Shown in pieces: positions 28,204 to 37,422 of a stretch of 64,000 bases of DNA (positions within the stretch are counted from its first letter, which is position 1; each line of letters begins with the position of its first letter). A program made the translations under genes and the position numbers. The DNA comes from Candidatus Bathyarchaeota archaeon. Its GTDB lineage: Archaea; Thermoproteota; Bathyarchaeia; Bathyarchaeales; Bathycorpusculaceae. Location: assembly GCA_963827165.1 (NCBI GenBank), contig CAWGZR010000009.1, positions 128,001 to 192,000 on the forward strand, given 5' to 3'. The notes under the pieces are model-generated. The model was not told the DNA's origin and searched no databases. It was given only the letters and a program-made list of their open reading frames with translations.

Positions 28204-29259
28204 CTAAAACTTAATGAGTGGTTTTATGACGCCATCCAGCTTTTTATCCATTATTTCAAATGCTTTGTCGGCCTCATCAAACGTGAATGTATGAGTGGTC
28301 ATACGCGTTGGATCAATTTTCCGATTCTCTAATAGCAGCAGTAATCTTTGCAGCCTTAAGCGTCCTCCTGGGCACAATGAGGTTTTTATGGTTTTTTGAG
28401 ACATCCCAACACCCCAATCCAACCTAGGAATACAAACGCACTCGCCAACGCCATGATATCCTACATTTGATATTGTTCCGCCAGGCTTTGTGACCTTAAT
28501 GGAGTTCTCAAATGTGATATCTGCTCCAAGCGCTTCAATCGAGCCATCTACACCCAAACCCGCAGTTAAATCCATTATTCTGGCCACCGCGTTTTCTTTA
28601 GCTGGGTCAACAATCAAATCTGCACCGTAAAACTTCGCAAGCTCTTGTCGCTTAGGCACTGAATCGACTCCCACTATCACGCCTGCACCCCTGAATTTGG
28701 CTCCAGCAACTGCCATGAGACCCACGGGTCCCAGAGCAAACACCACCGCTGAACCCCCTATAGGAATGTTAGCCTCTTCAGCACCTGCAAATCCAGTTGA
28801 CATCATGTCAGCCACATAAACGGCGGCTTCATCAGGCACATCATCAGGGATCTTTGCCATGTTAGCGTCCGCCTCATTAACATGAAAATACTCTGCAAAC
28901 ACGCCGTCCTTGGTGTTAGAAAACTTCCATCCGCCCAATGGTTGACCAGATTGAGATGGGTGGCCTCCTTGAGAAGCGATATCTCCCCAGTCAGGCGTTA
29001 TAGCGCCGACAGCAACTCGGTCACCGGGCTTAAAGATTTTCACTTGGCTGCCAACTTTGTTGACTACACCCGTGGCTTCATGTCCAAGAGTCAGGTTCGC
29101 ACGTTGACCAATCGCGCCCCGCACAGTATGCGAGTCTGAGGTACAAACTAAGGCGACTTTTGTCTTTACAATTGCGTCGTTTGGTCCGACCTCAGGAAGA
29201 GGTTTTTCCATGAACCCGACGCTGCCTATTTCCTTCATTACAAAAGCTTTCATAGACAT
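28204..29259 (-). CDS. adh: zinc-dependent secondary alcohol dehydrogenase (MDR)
   Basis: CTSDxH, LGHE, AITPDW, GPVG; Thermoanaerobacter ADH-like without structural Zn Cys. Confidence 0.92.
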   Translation of the reverse strand: MSMKAFVMKEIGSVGFMEKPLPEVGPNDAIVKTKVALVCTSDSHTVRGAIGQRANLTLGHEATGVVNKVGSQVKIFKPGDRVAVGAITPDWGDIASQGGHPSQSGQPLGGWKFSNTKDGVFAEYFHVNEADANMAKIPDDVPDEAAVYVADMMSTGFAGAEEANIPIGGSAVVFALGPVGLMAVAGAKFRGAGVIVGVDSVPKRQELAKFYGADLIVDPAKENAVARIMDLTAGLGVDGSIEALGADITFENSIKVTKPGGTISNVGYHGVGECVCIPRLDWGVGMSQKTIKTSLCPGGRLRLQRLLLLLENRKIDPTRMTTHTFTFDEADKAFEIMDKKLDGVIKPLIKF

Positions 29260-29295
29260 CTTAGTGCTCTCTAGCTTTCAGATTATTTCAATATT

Positions 29296-29319
29296 TGTGA
29301 CTGCCATTTCACAGTTACA
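29296..29319 (-). promoter_or_regulatory. 24-bp motif, site 9 (upstream of ADH)
   Basis: minus strand TGT aac TGT gaaatg GCA gtc ACA aata TTGAAATA. Confidence 0.65.
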
Positions 29320-29378
29320 GAAGTCGTTAAGCGACGAAGCAATATTGAATGGTTACGAGAGGTCAGCGAGTTTCCGTA

Positions 29379-30398
29379 TTATCCTGATGCGAGCCAGTTT
29401 ATCATAAAGCTTAAGCCGTCAGGGGTTAAGTCGGATACGTCGGTTAGTTGGACTTGCCCGATCGAAGACATAGGCGACGAATACGCGGTTAGCGCCTCCC
29501 AAGGGAAATTTCCAATCCCACCAATAGTAGAATTAATGGTCGCGGTGCAGTTTGTGAACGTCACATTTCCGAAGTCCATCAACTCCGAAAGGTTGCCGTC
29601 GACTGTCGGTCTTTCAACTATCCACTCGGCCGTCAATCGGCTTGAATCATAGATAAAATTCCTCTGAAACTGTTGCGAGGAGTTAGTGTCCATTATGCTG
29701 ATTCCCCATTGATCGGATGTCCCATTCGCAAGCTGAATTGAAGCCTGCATCATATCCCCAGGTGAAATAGGCATAGAGAAAATGGTGGTCGATAACCTTG
29801 GCAAAAGCTCGAACCACGCGAAATATCTTGCTTGACCGTCAATTGAATCCTGTTCGGTTCCGCATTGGATGAGTGTGCTGTCATTGTTGAATTGTCCACC
29901 TATGCCTATCCAGATAGCAGAATAGGTGTCGTTGGTGGTGGAAGTTACTACTATTGGAACGACCCATGAGGCACTGATGGCTGTCGCGCTGGGTTGAGGG
30001 TTTTGTAGATCAGAGGAAACCACGTAGCCTGCCCAGTTCATCGTAGGCGTTACGTTTTGTGGGGGCGTCGGGGTCGCCGTCGGCGTAGGTGAAGGTGTCG
30101 GTGCGGGTGTTGGCGAGGCTGTTGGAACCGGAGTAGACACAGGTGTTGGTATAGAAGTTGGCTGGATTGTGGGAATGGGAGTTGGCTCTGAAGTTGGATT
30201 TGGGATTGGAGTTGATGTAGGCATCGATGTTGGCTGCGGTGTGGGTGTTGATGATGAAGTAACGATGGGAGATGGAGAAGGCTGATAACTTTTTTTTGCA
30301 GGCGTTGATTGGAACACAGCATACGCTCCAAAAGCGTCGGCAAACACAATTGCAACCAGCAACAAAGCAAGGACTTTGGCGACAGTTCCCTGTTTCAT
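29379..30398 (-). CDS. G1 family glutamic endopeptidase with N-terminal anchor and Pro/Thr linker
   Basis: NWAGY, WIGIGG, LIQCGT, AEWIVERP. Confidence 0.88.
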   Translation of the reverse strand: MKQGTVAKVLALLLVAIVFADAFGAYAVFQSTPAKKSYQPSPSPIVTSSSTPTPQPTSMPTSTPIPNPTSEPTPIPTIQPTSIPTPVSTPVPTASPTPAPTPSPTPTATPTPPQNVTPTMNWAGYVVSSDLQNPQPSATAISASWVVPIVVTSTTNDTYSAIWIGIGGQFNNDSTLIQCGTEQDSIDGQARYFAWFELLPRLSTTIFSMPISPGDMMQASIQLANGTSDQWGISIMDTNSSQQFQRNFIYDSSRLTAEWIVERPTVDGNLSELMDFGNVTFTNCTATINSTIGGIGNFPWEALTAYSSPMSSIGQVQLTDVSDLTPDGLSFMINWLASG

Positions 30399-30693
30399 AT
30401 TTTAGTCCTCATTTCCGTTTATTATGTATTATACAGGCAATCTGGCAGGGGAGGATTGAAAACCGGGGTGCAGTCTGCAAGAGATGCCCGTAACTAGACA
30501 TACTCTATTTCTTCATGTGAGAGAGAATTTAATCTTCCGTGTAATTTTCCGTTATTTCGCAAATGAAAGACCTCGTCAACGGTTATTCTGATCGGTTTTT
30601 TAGGGGTGTGTTCGGTGTCAATTTTGAAAAAAAGTTTTATACTACAAGGGTGTAAAGATGCGTAATTGAATCTAATTTGGATGGGGATGTTTC

Positions 30694-31686
30694 GTGGGGA
30701 AGAGGATAGTTTATCTCTGTATTGCGTTGTTGCTGCTTTCAATGAGTTTAGCTGCAGTTCCAAAGAGTTTTAGTCAAACAAGCGATATTAAATTTGCAAA
30801 CTACAGTTGGTATATAGATCCTGAAGGCTACCTTGACGTCGTTGGCTTGGTCCAAAATACGGGTCCTAACACGATTGCCTCCGTTTCATTGTCTGGGACG
30901 GTTGTGGGTCCAGGCAACGTGGATGTGGCGGATTCAGGCTGTCCAGTTTGGGTATCAGATTTATTGCCTCAGCAGGAAGCACCTTTCTACATGGAGTTCA
31001 TGCCACCAAACACGAGCAGCTCCACAACATGGTACGAGATTATGCAAGCAGGAGAGTTCTCCAGCATATCCCTTAGAGCCGCCTCAGCTAATGCTACAGC
31101 CAACTATCAATACCAAGGGTTAAGCATCACAAGTTCCAAGGGCTTCGTTGGCACCACCGGCGGATATAATGGCGCTTACGGGGTTAGTGGCGTGATAAAA
31201 AATACGGGTGACCAGTCAGCTTCCAATTTGACGGTTGTGGGAGCCTTCTTTAACTCCACAGGATCTGTGGTTGGTGTAGGATTCACAACTTACCTTGTCC
31301 CTACGATTCTGGTTCCGGGGAACACAACTACTTTCCAAATTTTTTGCTTAGATTTGAACCAGTCTCAGGTCCCAGCTGCCTTACAAATTGCGAAATATCA
31401 GCTGCTAGTTCAGACTCAAGGACCAATTCTGCAAGGAAACGCACCCGTTGCTTCTGCGGAACCGACTGGAAACACAGGACCCACTGATGCCCCAAGTTCA
31501 ACTCCTACCGCGGGTTCGCATGCGAAAGCCAACAACTCGCTTCTCATCTCAATAATAGTCGCAGTGGTTATAGTAGTAGTTATAATGGCAGCCGTAGCGA
31601 CTATAGTTCAACAGGTCATGAATAGGAATGCGAAACGCCGCAAGACAGTGAAGGAAGCAAGAAAAGTCCAGAAGCAAAAACCCTAA
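30694..31686 (+). CDS. secreted FxLYD-type Ig-like domain protein with C-terminal TM
   Basis: Two V.G.V.NTG repeats, GAFFNSTG..VG, signal peptide, TM plus basic tail. Confidence 0.75.
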   Translation: MGKRIVYLCIALLLLSMSLAAVPKSFSQTSDIKFANYSWYIDPEGYLDVVGLVQNTGPNTIASVSLSGTVVGPGNVDVADSGCPVWVSDLLPQQEAPFYMEFMPPNTSSSTTWYEIMQAGEFSSISLRAASANATANYQYQGLSITSSKGFVGTTGGYNGAYGVSGVIKNTGDQSASNLTVVGAFFNSTGSVVGVGFTTYLVPTILVPGNTTTFQIFCLDLNQSQVPAALQIAKYQLLVQTQGPILQGNAPVASAEPTGNTGPTDAPSSTPTAGSHAKANNSLLISIIVAVVIVVVIMAAVATIVQQVMNRNAKRRKTVKEARKVQKQKP

Positions 31687-31887
31687 TAATCAAACCACGT
31701 AACCGCGGTTGCTCCGCAAAAAACGCTTGAGGCGTGGCGTGGCTTCTCTTTTTTTTCAATTATCTATTCTTATGGGCACTTTCTTAGTTATGGTTTTTTT
31801 GGGTATTGGGTAATAACGAAATCGGCAAGTTTAGGAACCCGGGTTTTCGTGCGTTCAAATTGAGGGGTATTCTATTTTAGAAACCTT

Positions 31888-31909
31888 AAATATGACGCAC
31901 GTCATATTT
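31888..31909. promoter_or_regulatory. perfect inverted repeat AAATATGACG-CA-CGTCATATTT overlapping TATA, putative repressor operator
   Basis: 10-bp arms, directly upstream of 31924 ORF. Confidence 0.65.
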
Positions 31910-31923
31910 TTCATGCTCGCAGC

Positions 31924-32802
31924 TTGACTCAAATGAACAAAAAAACCATTTTAACAATCACCACAATAATCATAGCATCCCTAGCCCTAACAGTCCTCGT
32001 CACAAGACCCCTCCAAATACAAGCTCAAACATCCAACTCAATTCCAACCCTCGCAATAACAGGACTTGTCGAAAACCCTCTTAATCTAACTATTGACGAC
32101 ATCCAAGCCATGCCCAGCGCCACAGAATACGCGGTGTTGTACTGCGTTGACGCCCCCGGAACGCCGCTGCAGGAGGGGTCATGGACAGGCGTCAGCCTTT
32201 CCTATCTACTTCAATTGGCAAACGTATCCATTGGCGCTGTCAAAGTCGCATTTTTTGCGCCCGATGGTTACACTGCAGACTTAACGATTCCTATGGCAAT
32301 GCAAAACAATACCTTAGTTGCCTACCAAAAAGATGGGGTACCGTTAAGCTCACTTCAGCTTGTTGTACCAGGCAATTTGGGTTATAAATGGATAACAGAT
32401 CCAACCCAAATAAAACTTGTAAACTACAACTTTTTAGGAACAACGGAAAGCGAAGGATACTCTGACGACGCGACAATCTCCAATACGGTAGGAGCAGCAC
32501 CAGGAAACCTTCCAGCTTTTCAATCAAACCCGTCCTCTTCAACACCAAATCCGATAACAATACCAACACAAAATTCAACGCCGACCCCCACGAGTTCATC
32601 TTCTTCTTCGCATGCACAATCCGCAAGCTCAACACCATTCTCAACCGTTTCAAAAGCCAAACTTCAACCAACAACAGAATTTCTCATCTTCGCAGCCGTC
32701 GGCTCAATAATTGCTGTAGCAACAGCGGCAGCTTCAGGGCTGATTTTAACAAAACGAAAGAATCTAAAAGCTGAAAAGAAAAATGCAGAACCTGTGAATT
32801 GA
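31924..32802 (+). CDS. sulfite-oxidase-like molybdopterin-binding domain protein, membrane anchored
   Basis: ITGLVENPL, LYC, WTGVSL, DGY, LVVPG..GYKW. Confidence 0.8.
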   Translation: MTQMNKKTILTITTIIIASLALTVLVTRPLQIQAQTSNSIPTLAITGLVENPLNLTIDDIQAMPSATEYAVLYCVDAPGTPLQEGSWTGVSLSYLLQLANVSIGAVKVAFFAPDGYTADLTIPMAMQNNTLVAYQKDGVPLSSLQLVVPGNLGYKWITDPTQIKLVNYNFLGTTESEGYSDDATISNTVGAAPGNLPAFQSNPSSSTPNPITIPTQNSTPTPTSSSSSSHAQSASSTPFSTVSKAKLQPTTEFLIFAAVGSIIAVATAAASGLILTKRKNLKAEKKNAEPVN

Positions 32803-33013
32803 AGACGGAATTCAACCTTTTTAGATGCTAAGTTTTTCCGTAGGGTCTGATTTGTGAAATCAAAGAACCCTACAAACCAAAAAAGACGCTGTTTTGAGGG
32901 AAACTCGCAAGTCTTATTAGGCTACATAGTGAAAGATAGCGCCCGTTGGGAGAGAACAATTTCATTTCTTAGTCCCAACGCTAAATTTCAACATAAAAGG
33001 AGAAAGAAAAAAA

Positions 33014-35911
33014 TTGCAAATGTTAAAAAACAAAAGTATAGCTATATTGATTGCGGCAATACTAACACTTTCACTGATGGCTCTTCCAATGTTGACACCG
33101 ACTGCCAAAGCTCACACTCCAGCCTGGAACATACCAACATACGCATACATCATCGCAACTCCGAATCCTATCGGTGTCGGCCAGACAATCCAAGTTTACA
33201 TGTGGCTTGACATGGTCTACGGAGCGGCTGGAGGATCAAGCGCCGCAGTAGCGACGAACGGTTCCACAGCCAGCGCAGCCTTGCTGTCAAACACTTGGAG
33301 ATTCCATAACTTCAACCTCACAGTCGTCCCACCCAGCGGTTCACCAACAACTACAATTTTCCAAACCATCTCGGACTCCACATCAGCTCAAGAAACAGGC
33401 TTTACACCAGATACAACGGGCTTGTACACTCTCATATTCACTTTCCCGGGGCAAACCTACGGAGCAAACGGTGACGGATACGAAAAATCGTCAATCTTCG
33501 GCGACTATTACACGCCAAGTAGCGCAAAAACAACAGTAATGGTGCAGCAAGCTCCCATAGCTAACGCTATCACAAGTGAACCGTTGCCAGCAGCTTATTG
33601 GACACGCCCGATATACGGCGAAAACACAAACTGGTACGCGATTTCGTCAAACTGGCTAGGTTCAGGTTCAGCAGGCTACAGTGGCTCTGTTGGCCCAACC
33701 GAGTTATTCTACCATCCAGACGGCGTAGGACCCTTGACTTCACACGTCATGTGGACACAGCCACTTGAGATGGGCGGAATCGTAGGAGGCAACTTCGGTG
33801 TTTCAGCACAGCAAACGACAATTTTCGCACCAGCATCGCAAGGAGTTGGCTACTTTGAGGGTTCCGCTTACGACCAACGATTCGTTAACCCAATAATCGT
33901 AGATGGATACCTATTCTTCACTGAACCAGTTTCATTCTCTGAGCCAAGCGGCGGAGCAACAGTCTGCGAAAACCTGCAAACTGGACAAGTCGTTTGGAGC
34001 AGCACTCAAATTCCATCGCTGTCATTTGCTTATATCTACAATCTTTGGGACCCAGATGAACACGGAGTATTTCCGCCAATATTATTTACCAGCAACTTCG
34101 CCCGAGCTTTTGACGCATTCACAGGACAGGCATTGTTTAATGTAACTAACGTTCCTTCAGGAACATCGGTCGCGGGACCAGCAGGCGAACAACTAAAATA
34201 CGTCATGAACAACTACGGCACTACCGCCAGTCCAAACTGGTACCTGAGCGAATGGAACTCTTCCAGACTATGGCAATACGACATTAACCCATACACAGGC
34301 GGAGGAAGCTTAGTACCGTCAATCGTAAACGCATCCAACGGATTACTTACATCAACCTACCCGATTCCGATCACAGGCGGATCAGGCACTCTCCCGCCGG
34401 GAGCACCAGCCGGAACTAGCAGCGCAGTCCCATACAATTCAGCTCTCACAGTCAACGCAAACATCCCGTTAAACTCAAATACCCTTGCAGCAGGATCAAC
34501 AACGACAGCAATCAAAACCATCAACCAAGATTCATTGACCACGTACGACTGGAACGTTTCGATATCCTGGCATAACTCCATGATTGTATCGCCTTCTATA
34601 ATTGCAGCTTCTTATGACGACATACTACTCTGTCGAAACGGGTCTCTACCAGGCGGATACGCAGCAACTGGAACAGGCACACCACAAACACCCTTTACAT
34701 ACTTTGCAGTCGACGTAAACCAAGCACACTCAACATTCGGTCAAATACTTTGGATGCAGACATACCAGCCCCCGGCAGGCAACCTTACCGTTGTGCAGGG
34801 ACCAGTCGACTTCCAAACAAACGTATTCATCCTAAACTACAGAGAATCTCTACAATGGGTAGGCTACAGCATGACAACTGGAACCCAAATATGGGGACCC
34901 AGCACACCTCAATCAGCCTTTGACTATTATGGCAGTCCAGGTCCAGGGACCTTAGCCGGCGAAACAGCGTACGGCTACCTCTACAGTAGCTCATTCTCAG
35001 GAATATGCTACGCCTACAACGACACCACCGGCAAAATAGCGTGGACTTACGGTAACGGCGGCGCAGGCAACAGCACCAACGCAGGATTAAACACTTTCTA
35101 CGGCGATTACCCGAGCTTCATAATGGCGATCGGCAACGGAGTCATATACGATGTAACAGTCGAACACACCATCACTGACCCCATCTACAAGGGCGCAACC
35201 GCAGAGGCCATCAACGCGACCACGGGAAAAGAACTCTGGAGACTCTCAGCATACGTTTCAGGCTCATTTACAGGCACAAGCTTCGCAATGGCAGACGGCT
35301 ACGCAACATTCTTCAACGGATACGACGACCAAATCTATAGCGTAGGACAAGGACCCAGCGCAACCACAGTTACGGCACCAGATGTCGGCGTCTCAACTTC
35401 AACCCCATTCGTGATAAAAGGCACAGTAATGGATGTTTCAGCTGGAACACAAATGACACAGCAAAAAGGAGACTTCCCGTACGGTGTACCCTGCGCTTCA
35501 GACACAAGCATGATGGATTGGATGGGCTACGTTTACCAGCAACAGGCAGAACCAACTAACTTCACAGGAGTACCAGTTCAAATATCCGTCTTAGACTCTA
35601 ACGGAAACTACAGGACCATCGGAACGGCAACAACGGATCGAAGCGGAACCTACAGTCTAACATGGACACCAGATATTTCAGGCAACTTCACAGTGTACGC
35701 GAACTTCTTAGGCACCAAAGGCTACTATCCGTCATCAGCTGAAACACACATCTACGCAAACCCAACATCTGCAACAAGTCCCCCAACAGCAACACCAATT
35801 AGTGACTTAGCAACACAAAGCACAGTAGAATACATTGGCGTCGCAATAATTATCGTCATAGTCATAATCGGCGTATTGACTTTGTTGATGCTCAGTAGAA
35901 AACACCCATAA
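33014..35911 (+). CDS. large secreted PQQ-like beta-propeller protein with C-terminal TM
   Basis: Signal peptide, repeated TG...W motifs (NLQTGQVVW, NATTGKELW), Ig-like C-terminus, TM plus RK tail. Confidence 0.85.
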   Translation: MQMLKNKSIAILIAAILTLSLMALPMLTPTAKAHTPAWNIPTYAYIIATPNPIGVGQTIQVYMWLDMVYGAAGGSSAAVATNGSTASAALLSNTWRFHNFNLTVVPPSGSPTTTIFQTISDSTSAQETGFTPDTTGLYTLIFTFPGQTYGANGDGYEKSSIFGDYYTPSSAKTTVMVQQAPIANAITSEPLPAAYWTRPIYGENTNWYAISSNWLGSGSAGYSGSVGPTELFYHPDGVGPLTSHVMWTQPLEMGGIVGGNFGVSAQQTTIFAPASQGVGYFEGSAYDQRFVNPIIVDGYLFFTEPVSFSEPSGGATVCENLQTGQVVWSSTQIPSLSFAYIYNLWDPDEHGVFPPILFTSNFARAFDAFTGQALFNVTNVPSGTSVAGPAGEQLKYVMNNYGTTASPNWYLSEWNSSRLWQYDINPYTGGGSLVPSIVNASNGLLTSTYPIPITGGSGTLPPGAPAGTSSAVPYNSALTVNANIPLNSNTLAAGSTTTAIKTINQDSLTTYDWNVSISWHNSMIVSPSIIAASYDDILLCRNGSLPGGYAATGTGTPQTPFTYFAVDVNQAHSTFGQILWMQTYQPPAGNLTVVQGPVDFQTNVFILNYRESLQWVGYSMTTGTQIWGPSTPQSAFDYYGSPGPGTLAGETAYGYLYSSSFSGICYAYNDTTGKIAWTYGNGGAGNSTNAGLNTFYGDYPSFIMAIGNGVIYDVTVEHTITDPIYKGATAEAINATTGKELWRLSAYVSGSFTGTSFAMADGYATFFNGYDDQIYSVGQGPSATTVTAPDVGVSTSTPFVIKGTVMDVSAGTQMTQQKGDFPYGVPCASDTSMMDWMGYVYQQQAEPTNFTGVPVQISVLDSNGNYRTIGTATTDRSGTYSLTWTPDISGNFTVYANFLGTKGYYPSSAETHIYANPTSATSPPTATPISDLATQSTVEYIGVAIIIVIVIIGVLTLLMLSRKHP

Positions 35912-36063
35912 AAAAGATAAAGAACAAACTTTATCTCCCTTTTTTGTTTTTTACCCATATCAGGCAACTTTTGGCTAGATCAATACAATTGGCTCTTTAG
36001 TTACAAAGCGCAAACTTTCTAAACTTGTTAGCTGGCATCGGAAAAAAGAGCGGGAGGTGGAAT

Positions 36064-37335
36064 CTATTTTTGCATGGACAGTTCTTCCAAGATTTCTTTA
36101 GCTCTGTCTACTCGGACTTTCCGCTCCTTCACCATTCGTTCAGCTACCAAATCGACCAATTCGTCTTTTGCTCCAGCGGTAATTGCGATGTTTCTTGCAT
36201 GCAGAGACATGTGTCCACGCTGTATTCCTTCACTTGCTAAGGCTCGAAGTGCCCCAAGGTTTTGGGCTAAACCTACTGCCGCCAAAACTTCTGCAAATTC
36301 GTTGGCTGTTTTAACGCCAAGGATTTTCATGGCTACACGAGCTACAGGGTGGGTTTTCACTGCCCCGCCAATTAAACCTACAGCCATCGGCAGCTCGATT
36401 ACCCCTTCCAAGTCGCCGTTCCCGTTTTTTGTCCACTGCGAAATGCTTGTGTAAGGACCTTTCAGGGCGGCATAGGCGTGGGCTCCAGCCTCAATAGCGC
36501 GATGATCGTTGCCGGTTGCGAGGACAACTGCGATGATGCCGTTCATTGCCCCTTTGTTATGTGTCGCCGCACGGTAAGGGTCAGCTGCAGCGAAAGCTGA
36601 AGCATATGCGATACCTTCAACGATGGCTTCTCCGCCGAGGGCTTCTTTTGTTATAGTGCACCAAGCCTTCGCCATTCGTCTGGTCGCGAGATTAGAGATT
36701 ATACGAAGATAAACGTGCCCACCTGTCAATTGTTCAATTTGCGGGGCCACTGCTTCAGCCATAGTGTTAACGGCGTTTCCACCCATCGCATCGCGGCAGT
36801 CGACATATAACTCGACGATAAGCATCTGCCCCATAGTGGTTTCAATGATCTTTGCGTCTAAATCTTTGGCTCCTCCGCCGAAAGAATTCAAAACTGGATC
36901 CTGGTCGTTAGCTTTCTTGAGAATATCCGCTTTACCAGCAAGAACCCGTTTTTTCGCTTCTGCAGCGTCTTTTAAGCCGACGACTTGAACTTGCCCAATC
37001 ATGATTGGCGCCGTACTGCTTGCATGGAAGCCTCCGCCGTCGCGGACCATTTTTGCCGCGTAGCAAGCAGCGGCGATGACGCTTGGCTCCTCAGTTGCCA
37101 TTGGAATTAGGTAGTCTTTTCCGTTGATTTGGAAGTTAACTGCAATCCCCAGCGGCTCTGGGAAGACGCCAATTACGTTTTCAACCATGTGATTAACGGT
37201 GTCGAAGGATACTGCGCCCGTGTTCTCGAGCAGGGCAATTTCGTCGTCCGTTAAACCTGCAAAATCCTTGACGATAGCTAAACGTTCCTTGATTGGAAGC
37301 TTGTAGAATCCTGATATTACGGATGTTTTAGTCAT
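36064..37335 (-). CDS. mvaA: hydroxymethylglutaryl-CoA reductase, class II
   Basis: ENVIG, PMATEEPSV, DAMGGN, THNKG, GHMSLH. Confidence 0.95.
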   Translation of the reverse strand: MTKTSVISGFYKLPIKERLAIVKDFAGLTDDEIALLENTGAVSFDTVNHMVENVIGVFPEPLGIAVNFQINGKDYLIPMATEEPSVIAAACYAAKMVRDGGGFHASSTAPIMIGQVQVVGLKDAAEAKKRVLAGKADILKKANDQDPVLNSFGGGAKDLDAKIIETTMGQMLIVELYVDCRDAMGGNAVNTMAEAVAPQIEQLTGGHVYLRIISNLATRRMAKAWCTITKEALGGEAIVEGIAYASAFAAADPYRAATHNKGAMNGIIAVVLATGNDHRAIEAGAHAYAALKGPYTSISQWTKNGNGDLEGVIELPMAVGLIGGAVKTHPVARVAMKILGVKTANEFAEVLAAVGLAQNLGALRALASEGIQRGHMSLHARNIAITAGAKDELVDLVAERMVKERKVRVDRAKEILEELSMQK

Positions 37336-37422
37336 TTTCCATACCTTTGATTGTATGTAGGTTGAAAGAGTAGTTTGAGTTTGGGGATTTAAGCTTAACC
37401 AAAATCAAGAAAAAACGGAGGT

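Noticed and set aside
30050-30280. Repetitive DNA
   Set aside because: Explained by the Pro/Thr linker of the G1 peptidase
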